Positions 10,879 to 20,443 of a DNA stretch of 64,000 nucleotides are shown piece by piece (within the stretch, counting starts at the first letter, position 1; every line of letters starts with the position of its first letter). A model generated the notes under the pieces. The model did not search any database, was not told where the DNA came from, and saw nothing but the letters and a program-made list of their open reading frames with translations. A program made the translations under genes and the position numbers. The stretch covers positions 160,001-224,000 of the forward strand of contig CAVSGI010000010.1 of NCBI GenBank assembly GCA_963727445.1, in the 5' to 3' direction. Source of the DNA: an uncultured delta proteobacterium. GTDB lineage: Bacteria > Myxococcota_A > Polyangia > Polyangiales > B10-G4.

Positions 10879-12153
10879 TTGGCCGAGGACGAGCACATCC
10901 CCCGCGGACGGCTGCGGCGCCTCGCGGCGCTGGCCCGTGCCGGCGCGCGCGTGGGCGCGAATGCGGTCACGGGTCGGGAGCCCGACGCGGCGGTGAAAAA
11001 AGCGGCGGAGGCGCTCGGCACCCTTCGCGGTGTGGCGGCCAAGGTGGGGCAGATGGCTGCCTACGTCGACGGCCTGGTGCCGGAGCATCAGCGGGACGCG
11101 TACGAGACGTGGATGTCGCGTCTGATGGCGGCGACCCCGCCGAGCTCGCCCGAGGCCGTCAGGCGCACGCTCGAAGAGGAGCTCGGCGCGCCGGCTTCGG
11201 AGCTCTTCGCGTCCTTCGACGAGACCCCCCTCGCCAGCGCCTCCATCGGCCAGGTCCATCGCGCCGTGCTCCACGACGGCCGCGAGGTGGCGGTCAAGGT
11301 GCAGCACGACGGGGTGGCGGCCGCCGTCGAATCGGACCTCGAGAACGCGGGGTTCATCGAACGCACAGTCAATCTCTCCGGTGCGACGCGAAAGCTCGAG
11401 ACGCGCCGGGTATACGAGCAGATCCGTGCCCGCTTCACCGAGGAGCTCGACTATCGCCTGGAGGCCGAGCGACAGCGCTTGTTCGCCGAGATCCACGCGG
11501 ACGAGCCGCGGGTTCGGGTCCCCGAAGTGATCGCGGACCGCTCCGCCCGCCGCGTGCTCACCACCGAGCTGGTCACGGGGATGACCTTCGACGAAGCGAT
11601 CGATGCGCCGCTCGCCGACCGACAGGCGTGGGCCGAAACCCTTTGGCACTTCGTCTTCAAGGGCACGCTCCTCGGCGGCGTCTTCAACGCCGACCCGCAC
11701 CCGAGAAACTACTTCTTCTCTCCCGAGGGCGAGGTGTGGTTCATCGACTTCGGCTGCGTCCAGGTGCTGGACGAAGGCCATCGCGGTCACGCGCGCACGA
11801 TGCACGAGGCCGCCATCGCCGGTGATCGAGCGTCCTTCGACGACGGGGTGCGTGGGCTGCTCGATCTACGGGGCGGACGATACGAGGAGCGCGCGCTCGA
11901 TTACGTACGCGAAGCGTTCCGTCCGCTCAGCGAGAGCCCCTATCGAATCACGCGCGCTTGGGTCGCAGAGCTCGTGCGGACCTTCCGCGAGATCGCCAAG
12001 CGCTCGGTGACCGAGAAAGACGACGATTTCGTGGCGATTCCCGATGGGATGTTCTTCATGAACCGTCTGCAATTCGGCTTCTACAGTGTCATCGCGCGGC
12101 TCGATTGCGAGGTCGATTTCGCCGCAGTAGAGCGGCGTTTTCTACTACCCTGA
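10879..12153 (+). CDS. ABC1/UbiB/AarF family atypical kinase
   Basis: AKVGQM (KxGQ), [34 protein letters not shown]. Start approximate. Confidence 0.92.
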   Translation: MAEDEHIPRGRLRRLAALARAGARVGANAVTGREPDAAVKKAAEALGTLRGVAAKVGQMAAYVDGLVPEHQRDAYETWMSRLMAATPPSSPEAVRRTLEEELGAPASELFASFDETPLASASIGQVHRAVLHDGREVAVKVQHDGVAAAVESDLENAGFIERTVNLSGATRKLETRRVYEQIRARFTEELDYRLEAERQRLFAEIHADEPRVRVPEVIADRSARRVLTTELVTGMTFDEAIDAPLADRQAWAETLWHFVFKGTLLGGVFNADPHPRNYFFSPEGEVWFIDFGCVQVLDEGHRGHARTMHEAAIAGDRASFDDGVRGLLDLRGGRYEERALDYVREAFRPLSESPYRITRAWVAELVRTFREIAKRSVTEKDDDFVAIPDGMFFMNRLQFGFYSVIARLDCEVDFAAVERRFLLP

Positions 12154-12157
12154 GCCC

Positions 12158-13378
12158 GTGGCGAACGTTCTCGCACCCGCTGCGGACCCGCTCGAAGGCA
12201 GAGAGATCGCGGGGGGCAAGTACCGGCTCGAGAAGTACCGAACGAGTGACGAGCTCGGCCGCCTCTATCTGGCGCGGCATCTCAAGCTCGAGCGAACGGT
12301 GATCGTTCGACTCCTTCACGGCTCGCATCTGTCGGACGAGCAGCTGGTGATGCGCTTCAACCGCGCCGGTCAGGCGGCGAGCCGCGTACGGCATCCCAAC
12401 GTGGTCGACGTGGTGGACCTCGGTGAGGAGCCCGACGGCACGCTCTACCTCGTCTCCGAGTACATCGAAGGAAGGACCCTCGCCGAGATCGTCGCTCAAG
12501 AAGGCCCGCTGCCGGCCTATCGCGTGGTCGACCTCGTGCGGCAGGTCGCGGCCGCGCTCCACCAGGCGCACACCCACGGGGTGATCCATCGTGACCTCAA
12601 GCCGGAGATCGTGCTGGTCATCGACCGGGAGTCGGACGACGGCGAGCTGATGGAGGTGGTGAAGGTCCTCGACTTCGGTGTGGCCAAGATCCAGAAGCCC
12701 GTGGATACAGGCGACAACCCGCGGCACATGACCATCGAGATGATCTCGGGCCGACCCGAATTCATGTCGCCGGAGCAGTGCAACGGTCTCAAGCTCGATG
12801 CCCGCTCCGACCTCTACGCGATGGGCTGCCTCGCCTATTTCCTGGCGACCGGTCAGCCGCCATTCTCGGGCGGCGGGCTCCTCGAGATTCTGATGCGTCA
12901 GGTGAAGGAACAGCCGGCGCCCCCCAGCAAGCACGTCGACTCCATCCCCGCCTCGCTCGAGGCGATCATCCTCAAGCTCCTGGCCAAGCGTCCCGACGAC
13001 CGCTTCCAATCGGCGCGCGAGCTTCGCTATGCGCTCGCGCAGCTCCACCTGCCGCGCCCGGCGGGTCGGAGCATCGACGTCGACCCCACCGGGGCGACGA
13101 CGCAGATGGAGAGCCCCCCGGTATCGCTCGCCTCCGCGGGCGAGGCGGATACGCCGGCGGAGATCCCCATGCCGCCGCGGCGCGAGCGGCAGAAGAAGAC
13201 CTACGTGATGGAGCGGCCGGCCTCGCTGGAGCCCAAGAAGAAGCGCGCCTCGGGCTCCGCGACCAAGATGATGATCGCCGCCGTCGTCTTCGCCATCGCG
13301 ATCGGCGTGGGCGCCGGGCTTCTCTTCGGCCAGATGTACGAGCCCGCCGAGGGCGCGGCCGAGGTCCCGTCTCAGTGA
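12158..13378 (+). CDS. Hanks-type Ser/Thr kinase-like protein with degenerate catalytic motifs (probable pseudokinase) and C-terminal TM
   Basis: Kinase fold (HPNVV, HRDLKP, DFG, SDLYAMG), but no Gly loop, VIVR in place of VAIK, and HRDLKPEI. Confidence 0.85.
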   Translation: MANVLAPAADPLEGREIAGGKYRLEKYRTSDELGRLYLARHLKLERTVIVRLLHGSHLSDEQLVMRFNRAGQAASRVRHPNVVDVVDLGEEPDGTLYLVSEYIEGRTLAEIVAQEGPLPAYRVVDLVRQVAAALHQAHTHGVIHRDLKPEIVLVIDRESDDGELMEVVKVLDFGVAKIQKPVDTGDNPRHMTIEMISGRPEFMSPEQCNGLKLDARSDLYAMGCLAYFLATGQPPFSGGGLLEILMRQVKEQPAPPSKHVDSIPASLEAIILKLLAKRPDDRFQSARELRYALAQLHLPRPAGRSIDVDPTGATTQMESPPVSLASAGEADTPAEIPMPPRRERQKKTYVMERPASLEPKKKRASGSATKMMIAAVVFAIAIGVGAGLLFGQMYEPAEGAAEVPSQ

Positions 13379-14718
13379 GCCGGGACGTGATCGGTCGTCG
13401 GGGCCGAACCTGACGCGCCGCCGCGCAAGAGCAGATAGCTGCCGCCGATGACGGTGGTCGCGAAGAAGGCGATCAGGAACGCCAGCAGGCTCCCTCTCCA
13501 CGAAGACCGACGCGTCGCCGGCGTCGGGCGCTCGATCTTGGTCGTGTCCCGTCGTTGCACGATGCCGCTCCTGGAGCGATCCGCCTCTTCTTCGCGGCTG
13601 GGCAGCTTTTCGAAGAGCCGATGCGAGGGCGGCGTCGGCGAGGAGAGCGCGCTCCTCACCAACTGGCGTTGTTTGTCCTTGCGGCTCGCGAAGATGCGGC
13701 CCATCAGATTGGAGAGCTCCGGCACGCTCACGGCGTCACCTCTGAGGGCGAAGAGACGCGTGAGCGCCTGTCCCAACTCACGAGCCGAGCCGTAGCGCTC
13801 CGCCCGCTGCGGCCGGAGCGCACGATCGATGATCGCGTCCAGCTCCGGGGGCACGTCGTTGTACATGTCCGACAGGCGCGGGACGTGGCGGCGCTGAACG
13901 GCCATGACGGTCTCGCTCTGATTGCGCCGCCGGAAGAGCTTCTGACCGGCCACCAGCTCCCAGAGCACGACGCCGAGCGCCCACACGTCAGCTCGGCGAT
14001 CGATCTCTTCTCCTCGGAGCTGCTCCGGCGCCATGTAGGCGAACTTGCCCTTCACCATACCGACCGCCGTCTCGTGGATGCGGTTTTCGGCCTTGGCGAT
14101 GCCGAAGTCGACCACCTTGACGATGCCGTCGTAGCCGACGAAGAGGTTCTGAGGCGAGACGTCGCGGTGGACCACGTGCAGGGGCTCGCCCGCTTCGGTC
14201 TCGAGCTCGTGCGCGGCGTGCAGCCCCTCGCAGGCATCGGCGATGATGCGCGCGGCGAGGCCCGGGGGCAGGCGCCCCATCTGGCGCGCCATCTTGCTGA
14301 GCGACTCGCCCGAGAGGTACTCCATCGTCATGTAGTACGTCCCGTCCACCTCGCCGAAGTCCTCCACCGAGCACACGTTCGGGTGACGGATCCGCGCGGC
14401 GATGCGGGCCTCGTCCAAGAACATGTCGATGAAGTCGGACTCGTGAGCGAGGTGCGGGTGGATACGCTTGATGGCGACCGGACGCCCGAAGCCGGAGGCG
14501 CCGCGTGCCACCGCGAGGTACACGGTCGCCATCCCGCCGCTCGCCAGCGCGAAGCGCAGCACGTAGCGACCGAGCTTCTCGTCGTGCGTCGGCACCGGGA
14601 TCGGTGCCGGCGTCCCGGCCACGGAGTTGGTGTTCTCGTCGAAGGTCGCCTGGGCGGCTGTCACGTCCCGTCCAGGATGTGTCGTTTCGGGGCTGAGTCC
14701 TGTCGGGGCAAGCCCCAC
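13372..14718 (-). CDS. Ser/Thr protein kinase with C-terminal TM
   Basis: ASGGMATVY, VAIK, HRDVSPQN, DFG, YMAPEQ. Start may be the GTG at ~14664. Confidence 0.95.
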   Translation of the reverse strand: MGLAPTGLSPETTHPGRDVTAAQATFDENTNSVAGTPAPIPVPTHDEKLGRYVLRFALASGGMATVYLAVARGASGFGRPVAIKRIHPHLAHESDFIDMFLDEARIAARIRHPNVCSVEDFGEVDGTYYMTMEYLSGESLSKMARQMGRLPPGLAARIIADACEGLHAAHELETEAGEPLHVVHRDVSPQNLFVGYDGIVKVVDFGIAKAENRIHETAVGMVKGKFAYMAPEQLRGEEIDRRADVWALGVVLWELVAGQKLFRRRNQSETVMAVQRRHVPRLSDMYNDVPPELDAIIDRALRPQRAERYGSARELGQALTRLFALRGDAVSVPELSNLMGRIFASRKDKQRQLVRSALSSPTPPSHRLFEKLPSREEEADRSRSGIVQRRDTTKIERPTPATRRSSWRGSLLAFLIAFFATTVIGGSYLLLRGGASGSAPTTDHVPAH

Positions 14719-14739
14719 AACCGAGAAAAAGATCGGGGT

Positions 14740-15288
14740 CTACTTGAGGATGCCCACGTCCAGCGCGAGTCGGACGAGGTCGGCCCGGGTCTTGAGGCCG
14801 AGCTTGTCGCCGATGCGGGCCTTGTACGTCTCCACCGTCTTCACGCTCAGCCCCAGCGTCTCAGCGATCTCGCGCTGGGTCTCGCCGAGCGCGAGGCGCT
14901 CGAAGACCTCGCGCTCGCGCTTCGAGAGCACGTCGAGGGGCGTGGTGTCGGGTGCGTCGAGACGCGGCATCGGTTTGGTGGCCGCGGGGATCCCGGTGTC
15001 ACGCGAGCGGGGCTCGAGGAGGGTCAGCGCTTCGGTTCCGATCTCGATGCGATCACCCGGTGAGATCTCGACCTCGCCGTAGACGCGCTCGCCGTTCACC
15101 CGAACGCCGTTGCGGCTGCCATGGTCGAGGAGGAGCACGCGACTCTCCTCGACGCGCAGGCTCGCGTGCCGCCGCGAGATCGATTCGTCCTTGAGACGGA
15201 TCTCGCAGAGTGGGTCACGACCAATCCGAAAGAGGCCGGGCCCCAGGACGATCCGGTTTCCTCCGATCTCGACGGCGAAGCGTTCCAC
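14740..15288 (-). CDS. FHA domain-LuxR HTH transcriptional regulator
   Basis: FHA motifs IGR, SRRHA and GSRNG, then LSKREREV...[16 protein letters not shown]. Confidence 0.92.
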   Translation of the reverse strand: MERFAVEIGGNRIVLGPGLFRIGRDPLCEIRLKDESISRRHASLRVEESRVLLLDHGSRNGVRVNGERVYGEVEISPGDRIEIGTEALTLLEPRSRDTGIPAATKPMPRLDAPDTTPLDVLSKREREVFERLALGETQREIAETLGLSVKTVETYKARIGDKLGLKTRADLVRLALDVGILK

Positions 15289-15357
15289 GCATCGATTCTA
15301 ACCCGCGGAGCAAAAGAGGATCGACAAGCGATCCGAACTCTGATCTAAGAGACGTGA

Positions 15358-17658
15358 ATGAGGCCCGCGGCCGAGACGTACCCCTCGCGAAGCGAGCGTC
15401 CCACGGGGCGCCTCACGCTCTTCCGCGACCGCGCCGTGGTCCTCGACGCCTCGGACGCTTGGGTGGACGAGGAGGTCGCCCTGGCGAGCCTCTCCTTCGA
15501 CTACGGGACCTTCGTGGTCTCCGCTGCGGACGCCGACTCCGGGGTCTTCCTCGCCGGCCCCGAGGGGGCGCGCTTCGGCGCGCGCGATGGTGAGGCCGAG
15601 AACGAAATCCGGAAGACCCTGGAGAGTCATGGGCTGGTGGATCTCGAGTGTCTCGACCGACTCGCCGTCTCTCCCGACTCGCCCGCGAGCTACCTCGTCT
15701 GCTACGAGGGCGACGTTCACGACTTCTGCGACTTCGAGGCGCGGGTGGTGCCGGAGCTGTGCGCGCGCGGCATCGAGGTCACCCTCGACGACGAATACCC
15801 GTGGCGTGTGGTCGCGCGCGACCCTGCGCTCTACGCGCAGCTCGACAGCCCCTCGAATCGGCCGGACTGGTTCGCCCTCGAGCTCGGGGTGGAGCTCGAT
15901 GGACAGCGGGTCAATCTGGTTCCGGCGCTGCTGTCGCTCCTCGAGGGCTCGAGCGCGCGGAGCTTCTCGGCGCTCTGCCGGCGACCGCTTCGCGAGATCG
16001 CCCTGCCGGTGGGGCCGCGGCGCTGGGTGACGGTGCCGAAAGAGAAGCTGGGCGCGATCCTCGAGGTCGTGGTGGAGCTTCATCAGGGCAGCGCCGGCGA
16101 GCGCGAGCTGTTGACCTTCGGCCCGCTCTCGGCGCACGCACTGGGCCGACTGCCCGAGGGGATGAACCGCCGCTTCAGCCGCTCCGTCCCCGAGACCCTG
16201 CCGCCGCCGCCGCCGGCCTCGGAGGCGCGGCCGGTCGAAGCGCCGCTCGGCCTCCGCGCGACGCTGCGTCCCTATCAGGCCGAGGGCCTCGCGTGGCTGC
16301 AGAGCCTCACGCGACGCGGGGTCGGCGGCGTGCTCGCCGACGACATGGGGCTCGGCAAGACGCTGCAGACCATCGCGCACCTGCTCACCGAGAAGAGCTC
16401 GGGGCGCATGACGGCGCCCTCGCTGGTGATCGCGCCCACGAGCCTGGTCGGCACCTGGCGGCGGGAGATCGCGCGCTTCGCGCCCGCCCTCTCGATCGTC
16501 GTCGTCCACGGCCCCCGGCGGAGCGACGCTCTCGAGCAGATGGCGGGCGCGGACGTGGTGATCACCACCTATCCGATCCTGGTGCGCGAGGAGGAGGCGC
16601 TCACCGCGCAGCGATTCCACCTGGTCATCCTCGACGAAGCCCACAGCATCAAGAACGTTCGGAGCCGCGCCCACCAGGTGGCGTGCCAGCTCGAGAGCGA
16701 GCACCGCCTCTGCCTCACCGGGACGCCGATGGAGAACAACCTCGGCGAGCTCTGGGCGATCCTCGACTTCTCGAACCCCGGCATGCTCGGTGACGAGCTC
16801 GCCTTCCGCCGCTGGTATCGCAAGCCCATCGAAGAGCAGGGCGACGAGACCCGCCTCGCCGCCCTCAAGAGCCAGGTGAGCCCGTTCCTTCTGCGGCGCA
16901 TCAAGTCGGAGGTCGCCAAGGACCTGCCGGAAAAGACGCAGCTCCGCGTGCCTGTCGAGCTCACGGGTCGGCAGCGCGACCTCTACGAGAGCATCCGGGT
17001 GGCGGCACACAAGGACGTGCGGAACGCCATCCGGGAGCGCGGGATCCGCGGCTCGACCATCTCGATCCTCGACGCGCTGATGAAGCTCCGGCAGGTCTGC
17101 TGCGATCCGCAGCTCTGCCGAATGGACGCCGCGCGCGCGGTGCATCGTTCGGCGAAGACCGAAGCGTTCTTCTCGCTCCTCGAGAGCCAGCTCGCCGACG
17201 GCCACCGGGTGCTGGTCTTCTCGCAGTTCACCTCGATGCTGAAGATCCTGGCCCGGGGCCTGCGCAAGCGAAAGCTGAAGTACCTCGCGCTCACCGGTTC
17301 GACGCGTCATCGCCAGTCGGTGGTGGACGCCTTCGAGGCGGGCGAGGCGAACGTCTTTCTGATCAGCCTCAAGGCGGGTGGCTGTGGGCTCACGCTCACC
17401 AGCGCCGACACGGTGATCCACTACGACCAGTGGTGGAACCCGGCTGCGCAGGACCAGGCGACGGATCGCGCGTATCGCATCGGCCAGGACAAGCCGGTCT
17501 TCGTCCACGAGCTCTACGTCGCGGGCAGCGTCGAGGAGCGCATGATCGAGCTGCAGGATCGCAAGCGGCGGCTGGCCGACGCCATCCTCGGCGAAGGTCC
17601 GCGCGCGCCGCTCGGCGAGGACGAGGTCGAGTACCTCCTCGCGCCGCTCTCGGTCTGA
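15358..17658 (+). CDS. SNF2-family helicase/ATPase
   Basis: LRPYQ, LADDMGLGKT, LDEAH, TGTPMENN, LVFSQF, SLKAGG, WWNPA, DRAYRIGQ. Confidence 0.96.
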   Translation: MRPAAETYPSRSERPTGRLTLFRDRAVVLDASDAWVDEEVALASLSFDYGTFVVSAADADSGVFLAGPEGARFGARDGEAENEIRKTLESHGLVDLECLDRLAVSPDSPASYLVCYEGDVHDFCDFEARVVPELCARGIEVTLDDEYPWRVVARDPALYAQLDSPSNRPDWFALELGVELDGQRVNLVPALLSLLEGSSARSFSALCRRPLREIALPVGPRRWVTVPKEKLGAILEVVVELHQGSAGERELLTFGPLSAHALGRLPEGMNRRFSRSVPETLPPPPPASEARPVEAPLGLRATLRPYQAEGLAWLQSLTRRGVGGVLADDMGLGKTLQTIAHLLTEKSSGRMTAPSLVIAPTSLVGTWRREIARFAPALSIVVVHGPRRSDALEQMAGADVVITTYPILVREEEALTAQRFHLVILDEAHSIKNVRSRAHQVACQLESEHRLCLTGTPMENNLGELWAILDFSNPGMLGDELAFRRWYRKPIEEQGDETRLAALKSQVSPFLLRRIKSEVAKDLPEKTQLRVPVELTGRQRDLYESIRVAAHKDVRNAIRERGIRGSTISILDALMKLRQVCCDPQLCRMDAARAVHRSAKTEAFFSLLESQLADGHRVLVFSQFTSMLKILARGLRKRKLKYLALTGSTRHRQSVVDAFEAGEANVFLISLKAGGCGLTLTSADTVIHYDQWWNPAAQDQATDRAYRIGQDKPVFVHELYVAGSVEERMIELQDRKRRLADAILGEGPRAPLGEDEVEYLLAPLSV

Positions 17659-17670
17659 GGCGCCAGCCGC

Positions 17671-18288
17671 TCAGCGATAGCGGTGGGGATACATCACGGC
17701 CTCCCACACCTCGGAGAGGTTCGCCGGGCTGCGCTCAGCCGAAGGCTCGCTGGCTTCGCCGCCCGGCGCGGGCCAGCGAATGGGTGCGGCCGCGCCATCG
17801 ACGCGCCGTCGATCGGTCTCGAGCCAGAGGTGCACCTCGCGGGGCGAGGCAGCGGAGGCGTCGCCGCCGGGGTCGATGTGGGCCCCGGTGAGCGCCGCGA
17901 CCAGGCGCGGGAGGCGGGTCTCTTCGACGGGCGACAGGCGCACCTCGGTGTCGGTCGCCGAGACCTCGCAGGCGACCGAGGCGCGGCCCTCCCGCGCACC
18001 TTCGGGCTCGACGCGGAGGGCGTAGAGGGCGCAGGTGGGATCGCCGCCGGTGCCGGCGTCGAAGCGGATGAGCGCGCGGAGCTCCTTCAGTCGCTCTCCG
18101 CCGGCGAGCTCGATGGCAGCGCTCGTTTCGGTCGGGGCCTCGGAGGCCGTCCGCTCCTCGCCGGTCGCGGGCTCGGCGCCGAAGGCCGCGATGTCCTCGT
18201 CGCTCAGGGTGCGCCGGCGGGCGGTCTCGGTGCTGCCGCCGCATGCCAGGACGAAGGCCAGAGGGACGAGGAGCAGCAGGGTCCGCAT
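17671..18288 (-). CDS. Hypothetical lipoprotein
   Basis: MRTLLLLVPLAFVLAC lipobox, GC3-rich frame. Confidence 0.7.
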   Translation of the reverse strand: MRTLLLLVPLAFVLACGGSTETARRRTLSDEDIAAFGAEPATGEERTASEAPTETSAAIELAGGERLKELRALIRFDAGTGGDPTCALYALRVEPEGAREGRASVACEVSATDTEVRLSPVEETRLPRLVAALTGAHIDPGGDASAASPREVHLWLETDRRRVDGAAAPIRWPAPGGEASEPSAERSPANLSEVWEAVMYPHRYR

Positions 18289-18331
18289 GTCCCCTTTTCG
18301 CCGGCCGCCTCGGTGGCCGTCAAGTTCGCCG

Positions 18332-18583
18332 TCAGAGCTCGAGGCGGCAGCGCCGGCAGGTGGTCTTGAGCCCGGCGAAGTGAAAGAGGGGTCCCGAGGC
18401 GAAGACCACCAGCATGAAGCTCGGGATCATGCAGACGTAATCCGCGCTCAAGAAGGGAAAGAGCATCAGGAAGATCCCGAGCACCACGAACCACGCCCGC
18501 CGAGCCCAGACCCACCCCGCCCAGGGACGGTCCACCGGCACGTCCTCAGCACATCTTGGACAGTGCGCCTTCCCCGCTTCCAC
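18332..18583 (-). CDS. Small membrane protein with split CxxC...CxxC zinc ribbon
   Basis: HCPRC, two hydrophobic segments, then TCRRC. GTG start inferred. Confidence 0.6.
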   Translation of the reverse strand: MEAGKAHCPRCAEDVPVDRPWAGWVWARRAWFVVLGIFLMLFPFLSADYVCMIPSFMLVVFASGPLFHFAGLKTTCRRCRLEL

Positions 18584-18728
18584 GGTCGGACAGTGGGGTC
18601 GCTGGGGTGGGCGGGCAAGAGTCGTGGGCTCCGGCCCGGAATTCCGTTCGAGCGGACACATTCTTCCCGACCCTGCCGCTGGGGACCGACTCCTGGTAGC
18701 TTCTGCGCCCTGACTCCGCGGAGGAAAC

Positions 18729-19166
18729 ATGAGCATCGACCCTCGTTACTTCACCATCACCGACCTCCTCCTCGGAGCGGTCTACGCCGACGAGCGCCTC
18801 GAAGGCGGCGAGGACGAAGCGGTGCGCAAGCTCCTGCAGGAGGCCATCGGCCAGGACGCGCTCCCGATCGAGATCGAAGCGCGCATCGAGAACTTCGAGG
18901 CAAAGGACTTCGATCTCGCCGAGGCAGCGAAGGCTTTCGAGTCCATCGAAGATCTGGGCAAGCGCAAGCTTCTCGAGCTGGTCGCAGCGGTCTTCGACGC
19001 CGACGGAGAGGTGGACTTCGCCGAGGACGACTACCTCCGCGCGCTCGCCGAGGCGCTGGGGATGGAAGAGTCCGAATGGAACGACCTCGCCCTTCAGTAC
19101 GACGTCGAGGACGCGAGCGCGGTGCTCGACGTCGTCGTTTCGGTTCCGCCGCCAATCCCGGAGTAG
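18729..19166 (+). CDS. TerB-family protein
   Basis: GGAGG RBS. Repeated ADxxLxxxE / ADGEVDFAE motifs, acidic helical protein. Confidence 0.8.
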   Translation: MSIDPRYFTITDLLLGAVYADERLEGGEDEAVRKLLQEAIGQDALPIEIEARIENFEAKDFDLAEAAKAFESIEDLGKRKLLELVAAVFDADGEVDFAEDDYLRALAEALGMEESEWNDLALQYDVEDASAVLDVVVSVPPPIPE

Positions 19167-19177
19167 AGCACGTCTTG

Positions 19178-19840
19178 TCAGCCGAGCGCTTCCTCCACTG
19201 CGCTCCACCTGTCGCCCACCACTTCGCGGCCGAGCGCCATGACGCTCTGGAAGGCCTCGGGCGGGGCGGCGGCGCGCATGCCGTTCATCATGCCGACCTG
19301 CTCCTGGAGGTTGAGCGCCGGCAGCATGAAGTGCAGCCACTGGGCGAAACGGGGCGGCGCGATGGAGCCCTGGATCGCGCCCGTCAGCGCGATCAGCTGC
19401 TCGTCCGTGTACGCCTGCCACAGGGCGGCGTTCACCAGCGTCTCCTCCTCGTTCATGTGGGCGAGGTGAAGGCCGACGAGCACGTTGTAGCTGCGGCAGA
19501 GCTCCGGGCCGCGCTCGACAGCGAGCTCTGGTGCGGCGTCGGCGAGGGCGGAAACGAGGCGCGTCACACAGGCCGTGGTCTGATCGATCTGCTGATGCGC
19601 CTCCGCGACGCGGCTGGCGAGCTGCGGGTTCGCGTCCGCGAGGCGCGGCCCGACGTGCGTGTCCTCGTGGGCGAGGTGCTCGTCTAGAAAGGAGAGCGTG
19701 TCGCGGAGGTGGGTGAGGGCTTCGTCCTTGTCGCTGGGGTCGGCGAAGTTGCACTCGGACAGAGCGCGCGCGGTGTCGAAGAGGCGGGAGCGAATGGCTT
19801 TGTGAACGGCGGTGTAGACGTCGTGGCGAGGCGTGGTCAT
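19178..19840 (-). CDS. Hemerythrin-like (HHE cation-binding) protein
   Basis: DVYTAVHKAIR, HLAHED, EAH, HMNEEE metal-ligand pattern. Confidence 0.85.
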   Translation of the reverse strand: MTTPRHDVYTAVHKAIRSRLFDTARALSECNFADPSDKDEALTHLRDTLSFLDEHLAHEDTHVGPRLADANPQLASRVAEAHQQIDQTTACVTRLVSALADAAPELAVERGPELCRSYNVLVGLHLAHMNEEETLVNAALWQAYTDEQLIALTGAIQGSIAPPRFAQWLHFMLPALNLQEQVGMMNGMRAAAPPEAFQSVMALGREVVGDRWSAVEEALG

Positions 19841-19896
19841 GACGGGGCTCCTTTTCGGGTTGGTTCTGCCAACCTAGAACCTCGCGAAGGACCGCG

Positions 19897-19936
19897 TTCC
19901 TAGGAGTTCCCTAGGCTTTTCCTATTTCTTTCCTAA
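19897..19936. promoter_or_regulatory. Four direct repeats with 11-bp period in a divergent intergenic region
   Basis: CCTA at 19899, 19910, 19921 and 19932 (TTCCTAG, TCCCTAG, TTCCTAT, TTCCTAA). Confidence 0.7.
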
Positions 19937-19976
19937 CTCCGTCCGCGACCTCATCGGTCCGGGCTAAGTTCTGCCG

Positions 19977-20443
19977 ATGGGAAGGTTCGCGCTCGACCCG
20001 GAGGCCGCCGCGCTCCTCGACACGGGCGTCGCCCTCGTCATCGGCACCGCGAACGCCGCGCGCGTGCCCGAGATCTGTCGTGGGTGGGGGCCGCGATGGA
20101 ACGCCGGGGAGGGAGCCCTCGAGGCGCTCCTGCCGTTGCCCGCTGCGGAGCGCACGATCCGCAACCTGAGCGAGGCGCCCTCCATCGCGCTCACCTTCTC
20201 CACGCCGACCGACTACTCCGCGTATCAGCTCAAGGGGGACTGTGCGGCGCTCCTGGAGCCGGAGGCGCACCATTGGCGGCGTGCGCGCCACCACTTCGAC
20301 GCCTTCTTGATCGAAGCCGCTTCGGTCGGGCTCGCCCCCAGGCCTACGCGCCGTGGTTTCCCGCCGAGGGGCGCTTGGTGATCGTCCGGATCGACGCGGC
20401 CTTCTGCCAGACGCCGGGCCCCAGAGCCGGAGTTGCTTTGTGA
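19977..20443 (+). CDS. Pyridoxamine 5'-phosphate oxidase-like split-barrel protein (frameshift in the C-run near 20337)
   Basis: VIGTA...PEICRGWG, TIRNL, IALTFS..YQLKG. The alternate frame ends FCQTPGPRAG and its TGA overlaps the next GTG. Confidence 0.75.

Noticed and set aside
15358..17658. SNF2 helicase as part of a defence island
   Set aside because: No adjacent methylase, nuclease or other defence genes. It looks like the ordinary stand-alone bacterial SNF2.
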